Assembly: GCA_903920005.1 (NCBI GenBank)
Contig: CAIXKI010000158.1
Span: 6,134-70,133 of the forward strand
Direction: 5' to 3'
DNA length: 64,000 nucleotides
Source of the DNA: an uncultured delta proteobacterium
Lineage (GTDB): Bacteria; Bdellovibrionota_C; UBA2361; OMII01
Shown piece by piece: positions 58,554 through 64,000 of this stretch. A model generated the notes under the pieces. The model made no database searches. It worked only from the letters and a program-made list of their open reading frames with translations, and had not been told where the DNA came from. The position numbers and the translations under genes are program-made. Position 1 is the first letter of the stretch, and each line of letters starts with the position of its first letter.

Positions 58554-60335
58554 CTACTTTTTCAACAGGTTATCCACAGCCTGTTTCATAAGCGATAATG
58601 CCTCAAGAATTCGCGACCGCGGTGCTCCAAGGTTCAGTCGAACAAACCCCTTTCCCGCTTCTCCGAATAGCGCCCCATCGTTCAGGGCAACCCTCGCCTC
58701 TTTCAAGAAAAAACTCGAGGGCGAACCATCGATACCGGTGAGAGCTCGACAGTCTATCCACAGCAGGTAGGTTCGCTCGGGAGAGGAAACTTTAAAATAT
58801 GGGAAGTTTTCCCTGATGAAGCTAACTGCCACATCTCTGTTTGTCTCGATATACTGACGGACCGCTCGCAACCACCCCTCACTCTCACTGAAGGCTGCTT
58901 CGCACGCCGCTAGGCCCATCGCATTGGGATGGGGCACTGGACCATCTACGACGCGCTTTAATTTTTTGCGGAGTTCGTCGTCCTGGACGATCGCGAAGCT
59001 GTATCCGAGACCGGGAAGGTTAAACGTCTTGCTTGGTGCCATGAGAGTGATGAGATTGTTCTTAAACTCAGGAGCCGCCTTCGCTGCTGGCGTGTGTCTC
59101 GATCCATCTAGAATAAGGTCACAGTGAATCTCATCGCTGCACAAGATTATGTCGTGAACGGTGCAAATCTCGGCGACTTTTCGAATGTCTTCGACGGACC
59201 ACGACTCTCCGGACGGATTGTGTGGATGACAAAAGATACAGAGCTTCGTGCGTGATGTAATCGCTCTCTCAAAAGCGTCAAAGTCTATTTTGTACCGGAA
59301 TGTGGAATCTTTGTTGATAACTTGGGTAAGTGGTACTTGAATGGTTTCCATGCCGTTATTGGTCGGGCTTGAGAGAAACGGCGGATACACCGGAGTAAAG
59401 ATAGCGGCCGCGTCGCCCGGTGCGCCCACTGCTCGACACACCGCATTCAGTCCGCACACAAGTCCCGGTAGCGGAACTATCTCCCCTTCTGAGATCCCCC
59501 ACTCGTAGTGCTCTTCACACCACTTTACGATCGTGGAGAGAAGTTGCTTGGAAGAATCTTCGTATCCAAACTCACCGTGCTCAGCTCGTTTAAGAAGCGC
59601 GTCGATAACAGCAGGCGGACTCTTGAAGTCCATGTCAGCTACCCACAGGGGTAGAACATCCTGTGGATAACTATTCCATTTGATGCTTTTGTAGATTCTT
59701 CGATCGACTGGGATCTCAAAATAGCTCTTATCGATAGACTGCGAAGTCAGCGAGCTCCAGAATATTTCAGCGCGCGATCCATCCTCGCGAATCGAACTTA
59801 ACGCATCTGCTTCGTGAAGGAGCGCAAGACTTGTAGCGAAAGGAGAGCGAACGAGGTCGGCCCTCGTCTCGGCATCCAGCTTTAAAAATCTGTTCGCCTC
59901 TCCGTGGTGCGCGACGATGAAGGTAAGTCGCGCGGTGTGTTCCTCTGAGAGTCCAAAGGTTGCGGCGATAGAGGAGCAGACTTTTGAAGCAAGCGCTTCA
60001 TGGCCAGGAAAAGAAACATCCCCGGGAGAATTCTCCACGCGAGTTTCAGGTTTCTTTAGGTCGTGTATGAGGGCGCCGAGTAGCTCAACGAAATCGGCGT
60101 CGCGGTGTAACCGTCTTTTCGCGACGGACCGAAGGTTCGCGACTACGAGACCGGTGTGAGTCGCGACGTCTCCCTCAAGGTGTCTGCTGCCTTGTTGGCA
60201 TCCACTGAGTGCACTGAGCCCAGGTATCGGGTCGTTGAGCCACGCTGCGGAGCAAAGCGATGCGACCTCTTGAGCCGATGCTGTTGAGAGGAGTTCGAGA
60301 ACTCTTGTTTTGAGTGTGTCGGTATGGTGGGGCAT
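58554..60335 (-). CDS. Fusion protein: N-terminal HD-domain phosphohydrolase (about 200 aa) plus C-terminal PLP-dependent aminotransferase class I/II, MalY/PatB-type C-S lyase
   Basis: The N-part has H...HD...H...HH (LIHDLKK, VAHHGE) metal motifs. The C-part matches the PatB/MalY cystathionine beta-lyase family (SKTFNLPGLGYSFA with PLP lysine context, NPHNPSG). Confidence 0.7.
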   Translation of the reverse strand: MPHHTDTLKTRVLELLSTASAQEVASLCSAAWLNDPIPGLSALSGCQQGSRHLEGDVATHTGLVVANLRSVAKRRLHRDADFVELLGALIHDLKKPETRVENSPGDVSFPGHEALASKVCSSIAATFGLSEEHTARLTFIVAHHGEANRFLKLDAETRADLVRSPFATSLALLHEADALSSIREDGSRAEIFWSSLTSQSIDKSYFEIPVDRRIYKSIKWNSYPQDVLPLWVADMDFKSPPAVIDALLKRAEHGEFGYEDSSKQLLSTIVKWCEEHYEWGISEGEIVPLPGLVCGLNAVCRAVGAPGDAAAIFTPVYPPFLSSPTNNGMETIQVPLTQVINKDSTFRYKIDFDAFERAITSRTKLCIFCHPHNPSGESWSVEDIRKVAEICTVHDIILCSDEIHCDLILDGSRHTPAAKAAPEFKNNLITLMAPSKTFNLPGLGYSFAIVQDDELRKKLKRVVDGPVPHPNAMGLAACEAAFSESEGWLRAVRQYIETNRDVAVSFIRENFPYFKVSSPERTYLLWIDCRALTGIDGSPSSFFLKEARVALNDGALFGEAGKGFVRLNLGAPRSRILEALSLMKQAVDNLLKK

Positions 60336-60589
60336 GGTGAAGAATTTTGCTTTTCTATTCTAGTTATCGGTGCTCGCTTGAACGAAGGCAATCGTTCAAA
60401 TGAGAGGCATTTGACCAATATCCCTGTGCGATAAGCGGATAGAGGATCCCCGTAAACGGTGGAGGTAATGGGTCATAGGTATCTGATATTCCTAGTAAAT
60501 GCGACGGGATAGTGAAACGCATGAAATGCGATTCGGTATAATCATCGTATTTTATTAAGTTTTTTAGCTGTCGTCCCGATTCTCGAGGT

Positions 60590-63500
60590 GTGAGCCTACG
60601 TAAGCCACAACCATCAAAGACCAACCCCTGCTCAAAAAAACGGGCGGGTCGCTTGGGGCTACTCTTGAGTGTTGTCTTTGTGCTGTTCATAGGTGGCGTG
60701 GGTGTTAGTCGGTTTGTTCGCGTTCCAGATTCTACTCCTCATTTGAAACCACCCCAGCTCGTAAGCCAACCACCAGCAAGTACTGGGCAAAGTTCTTCGC
60801 GAATACTCCAGGAGCCAAGTGCTCAAGACTCTCGGGACGGGGTGCCGTTGAATGTAGGCACAACGTTTGGCCCCTCTCCCGTTGAGAAATCAGTCCAAAC
60901 ACTTATGAACCATACGCACAACTTACGCGCGCACGTCAGCGAGCGCGGGTGGGAGATTGAGCCCCTTGAAAATCGGAAAGGGGCGAGACCGTGGCGGTGG
61001 CGCTATTCGTTAAAGGCCGTGAAGCGTGGAAAGCTCGCGTCTCGTGTCAGCGAGGCGAATCTCAGAGATATCACGCAGGAAGGAGACCAGATCAAAATTC
61101 ACCGACGTGATATGCGGATGGATGAGTGGTACCGCACTACTGATCTTGGAATTGAGCAAGGGTTTACTATTTCGGAGCCGATCTTTCGGAAAGATTCCCC
61201 AGCTGTGCTTGTGTTGAGTGCTCATGTTGAGTCAGATCTGATTGCGACCAGGATACAGCAAGACTCCATCACGTTCTCGCAAGGGAAGGACAGGACGGTA
61301 CGCTACGACGGGCTCAAAGTAGTTGATGCCAAAGGGACGGTGTTGCCTAGTTGGTTTTCCTTCTCGAAACATTCTCGCACCGAAGGAACTCTCGACATCA
61401 ATGTAGATGACGCTCATGCCGTCTATCCGATAGTGGTTGACCCCCTGGCATCCTCTCCTGGCTGGACTAAGTCAGGAACGGTTGCGGCATCGGCCGGGGA
61501 TGTTAACGGAGACGGGTACGCCGACGTCATAGTTGGGAGTGGCGTTTATTACGGGACAGCCTCTGGTCCGCCGGCTACGGCAAATTGGACGTGCCCTGCC
61601 GCCTGCGCGTCTGTGCTCGCAAGCGCTGGTGATGTGAATGGAGATGGGTATGGCGACATCGTAGCGGGAGGCTCGGGGTGTGGTACTAGGGGCCAGGTGA
61701 TGGTGTACCTTGGGGGGGCAAGTGGAATTTCTAGCAGCGCCCAGCTGACGATTAACGGAGTCGCGGGTGGGGGGAGCGTTGGATATAGCTCTGCATTTGG
61801 TGGCGCGGTATCGACTGCCGGTGATACAAATAACGATGGCTACGATGATATCGTGATCGGCGATCCTTACTGGTACCCGACATCCTCGGCAGCCAATCCG
61901 AGGGGGAAGGTTTTTTTGTATCGCGGAAGTAACGCAGGGGTCACGTCAACCCTTGCCGCCTCTGCCAACGGCTCGCAGGATAATGCTGAGCTCGGAGCAA
62001 AAGTTTTCGCGGCTGGAGATGTGAATGGTGATGGCTCGGACGAATATGGGGCCACTCAGCCTCTTTTCACTAGTGGAGGGCTGACCAACAGGGGCCGGGT
62101 ATTTATCTATGGAACGTCCCCTACAACCATCACGGGAGCCCTTCATTATGGATGGTTGGACTTTCCAGCATCAGGAGATTTTAATGGTGATGCATATAGT
62201 GACCTCGTTGTAACGGAGGGTGGTTGGACTCAAATTAATCCGACCCTCGGCAATTCAACATCGTACGTAAAAGTGCGGTACGGCTCAAGCGCAGGGCTTG
62301 GTGCCGACGCCACATTTGTGACAACTGACCTAGTCGGGCAGGCATCCGTGGCGAGCATTGGAGACCTCAACAAGGATGGTTATGGTGACCTAGCCGTCGG
62401 CTCCTCGCTGTACTCAAATGGGCAAACAAAAGAGGGGCGGATCGAGACGTATCTTGGGAGTGCTTCTGGTCTAATAGCCTCCGTTGATCAGAGTATTGAG
62501 TCCGATATCGTACAAGGTCGTCTGGGAGATAACCTTGTAGGTGTTGGAGATGTTAACAAGGACACCTATCGCGATCTCTTATCTAGGGTATCCAGCAATA
62601 CGATGTGGATTCTATATGGGTCAGCCGCTGGCGGTGGTGCATCTACTCCTACCTCAACACCAACTAGCACCCCAACATCAACTCCTACCCACACGCCAAC
62701 AAACACTCCTACCAATACCCCGACGGCAACACCTTCAAGTACGCCGACTCACACTCCAACAGCAACTCCGTCCAGTACTCCTACGACTGGGCCTTCGTCT
62801 ACGCCTACAAATACGCCAACGGATACGCCGAGCGTCACCCCTTCTCAGACGCCCACCCAAACTCCAACACATACGCCCACCGCGACGCCGAGCGCTACCG
62901 CTACCGCCGCAAGCACGAGTATCGGCACTTCGACGCCTCAACCTCAACCCACATCTACAGAAACTCCTACGACAACACCGACGAACACTCCAACGCATAC
63001 GCCCACCGAGACACCTACGGTGACGCCGACAGATACGCCAACTACAACTCCTACAATTACGGGAACAGCCACGGTAACTCTAACCCCTACGATTACCCCG
63101 ACGGCTACTCAAACGAATTCGCCAACGGTGACTCCAACGATTACGAATACCCCCACTATCACGGACACCCCGACAATAACTCCGACAGCAACAATCACTG
63201 CCATTGACACGGAAACTCCAACGGTAACACCAACACCAATGCCGACGGCGATGGAGGGTGATGTTGACGGGGATCTTCAAGCTGATCTTGTTTTCTTGAG
63301 CGGGGATCGTAGAGCTGATGTCATATTGAACATCCCAAATGGCGCGATCTCGCTGCGAGCATCAAGTTCCCTTTTCGCGGTAGGGATAGGTAAAGCTCCA
63401 GGAGATCAGACCTCTTCAGTCATCACGGTTCGAAGAGAGTCCTCCTCTTATGTGTGGGGATCTCTAGATATTGTAAGAGGGAGTGAAAAAAACTTCGCGA

Positions 63501-64000
63501 CTATTCCGTTAAAGGGACGGCCTGTCTTGGGTTGCTACTTTCGTAATGAGCTTACGCCGAGCAGCCTTGTGCGCATGAAGAAAGCATCTGAATTTCAAGC
63601 CTTCCCGAGCTATTCCAACAAAACATCGATAAAAGTTCCCCGAACCGCGTCGAAGGCTATGTGTGGCCCAGCGCTATCCGGGGACAGCCCGATCATTTTT
63701 GCCGTGACCAGTAAAAATCGTAAGAGTGTCTCCGTGTCTGGAGTAACGCGATTGGGGCGTACGGTTTTAAAATCACCTCGGGCGCCTGTGCGGTTTAGGT
63801 TAAAAAAGGTGGCACTTGTCTCTCAAGGGTCGGAAGCCCTGCCTTCGGTGGTGATACTGGGACGGAGGGCGCGCACTCAAGAAGTGTACGTTCTTTCCTC
63901 CCGAAATCGATGGCGTAGGATTTTGGTGCCACTGGACAAGGAGACGAAAATCTTAAATGTAGGGGCGAGTCGATATGGGGGGGCTTCTTATATAGTCGCG
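60590..64000 (+). CDS. Large cell-surface protein (over 1130 aa, 3'-truncated by the window end): N-terminal signal/anchor, unknown domain, seven FG-GAP repeats forming an integrin-alpha-like beta-propeller, a 200-aa Thr-Pro-rich linker, then a further domain
   Basis: The frame is open from the stop at 60539-60541 through base 64000. The start was chosen at GTG 60590, before [24 protein letters not shown], and is uncertain. There are repeated [11 protein letters not shown] / [14 protein letters not shown] / [14 protein letters not shown] calcium-binding FG-GAP motifs and a TPTxTPT tract at 62640-63240. It is absent from the ORF track because it has no stop codon. Confidence 0.7.
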   Translation, partial: MSLRKPQPSKTNPCSKKRAGRLGLLLSVVFVLFIGGVGVSRFVRVPDSTPHLKPPQLVSQPPASTGQSSSRILQEPSAQDSRDGVPLNVGTTFGPSPVEKSVQTLMNHTHNLRAHVSERGWEIEPLENRKGARPWRWRYSLKAVKRGKLASRVSEANLRDITQEGDQIKIHRRDMRMDEWYRTTDLGIEQGFTISEPIFRKDSPAVLVLSAHVESDLIATRIQQDSITFSQGKDRTVRYDGLKVVDAKGTVLPSWFSFSKHSRTEGTLDINVDDAHAVYPIVVDPLASSPGWTKSGTVAASAGDVNGDGYADVIVGSGVYYGTASGPPATANWTCPAACASVLASAGDVNGDGYGDIVAGGSGCGTRGQVMVYLGGASGISSSAQLTINGVAGGGSVGYSSAFGGAVSTAGDTNNDGYDDIVIGDPYWYPTSSAANPRGKVFLYRGSNAGVTSTLAASANGSQDNAELGAKVFAAGDVNGDGSDEYGATQPLFTSGGLTNRGRVFIYGTSPTTITGALHYGWLDFPASGDFNGDAYSDLVVTEGGWTQINPTLGNSTSYVKVRYGSSAGLGADATFVTTDLVGQASVASIGDLNKDGYGDLAVGSSLYSNGQTKEGRIETYLGSASGLIASVDQSIESDIVQGRLGDNLVGVGDVNKDTYRDLLSRVSSNTMWILYGSAAGGGASTPTSTPTSTPTSTPTHTPTNTPTNTPTATPSSTPTHTPTATPSSTPTTGPSSTPTNTPTDTPSVTPSQTPTQTPTHTPTATPSATATAASTSIGTSTPQPQPTSTETPTTTPTNTPTHTPTETPTVTPTDTPTTTPTITGTATVTLTPTITPTATQTNSPTVTPTITNTPTITDTPTITPTATITAIDTETPTVTPTPMPTAMEGDVDGDLQADLVFLSGDRRADVILNIPNGAISLRASSSLFAVGIGKAPGDQTSSVITVRRESSSYVWGSLDIVRGSEKNFATIPLKGRPVLGCYFRNELTPSSLVRMKKASEFQAFPSYSNKTSIKVPRTASKAMCGPALSGDSPIIFAVTSKNRKSVSVSGVTRLGRTVLKSPRAPVRFRLKKVALVSQGSEALPSVVILGRRARTQEVYVLSSRNRWRRILVPLDKETKILNVGASRYGGASYIVA
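62636..63240 (+). repeat. Degenerate tandem ACN-CCN (Thr-Pro) coding repeats inside the surface protein
   Basis: About 600 bp of ac[tgca]cc[tgca]ac-type codon repeats encode [15 protein letters not shown]... Alternative frames give the spurious Arg/Leu/Gln-rich ORFs in the track. Confidence 0.6.

Noticed and set aside
58342-58770. 142-aa Arg-rich ORF (GTG start)
   Set aside because: Alternative frame of the small Lys-rich ORF that runs through a terminator hairpin and the 3' end of the opposing HD-lyase gene. The 37-aa frame has the SD at correct spacing and ends before the terminator.
59663-59671. Perfect DnaA box TGTGGATAA inside the HD-lyase coding sequence
   Set aside because: It may simply be part of the origin-proximal enrichment. 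It is not in an intergenic region and is not treated as a separate regulatory feature.
60364-60690. 108-aa minus-strand ORF
   Set aside because: It overlaps the start region of the large FG-GAP protein gene and the upstream spacer. It has no RBS or domain and is likely spurious.
62541-63280. Arg/Leu/Gln-rich ORFs (62541-63023 +, 62735-62998 -, 63080-63280 -) and the idea of a CRISPR-like repeat array
   Set aside because: They lie in alternative frames of the Thr-Pro codon repeat within the continuous FG-GAP protein frame. The repeats are degenerate coding repeats, not spacer-separated direct repeats.

Overview
This is a bacterial chromosomal window with dense coding on both strands and roughly 50% GC by eye. 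It lies in the replication-origin neighbourhood. Core content is dnaA-dnaN-recF-gyrB with DnaA-box-rich spacers, mnmG (gidA), glmU, icd, trxB, an isolated atpB-atpE pair, an accC-like biotin carboxylase, a fumarase, and an Mpl-like Mur ligase. There is also a caa3-type cytochrome c oxidase operon (sco1-ctaC-ctaD-ctaE-subunit IV) beside a DtxR/MntR-like regulator. The window opens with the 3' end of an imuB-like gene followed by dnaE2, the mutagenic polymerase cassette. Unusual features: (1) a single 1793-aa ORF that is two complete UvrA units fused head to tail. (2) A glycan-building cluster: GT10 fucosyltransferase-like, FkbM O-methyltransferase, GT47 exostosin-like, TylF/CmcI-like methyltransferase, PglK-like ABC exporter. 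(3) A GT-C (PMT/ArnT-like) glycosyltransferase coupled to a small DMT flippase-like protein, next to a large unknown polytopic membrane protein. (4) A three-lipoprotein operon with two paralogs and a TlpA-like thioredoxin. (5) An HD phosphohydrolase fused to a PLP C-S-lyase. (6) A 37-aa very basic ORF with its own SD and terminator after gyrB. (7) A surface protein over 1100 aa with FG-GAP beta-propeller repeats and a Thr-Pro-rich linker that runs off the window end. It is missing from the ORF track because it has no stop. No rRNA, tRNA, CRISPR array, transposase or integrase was found.
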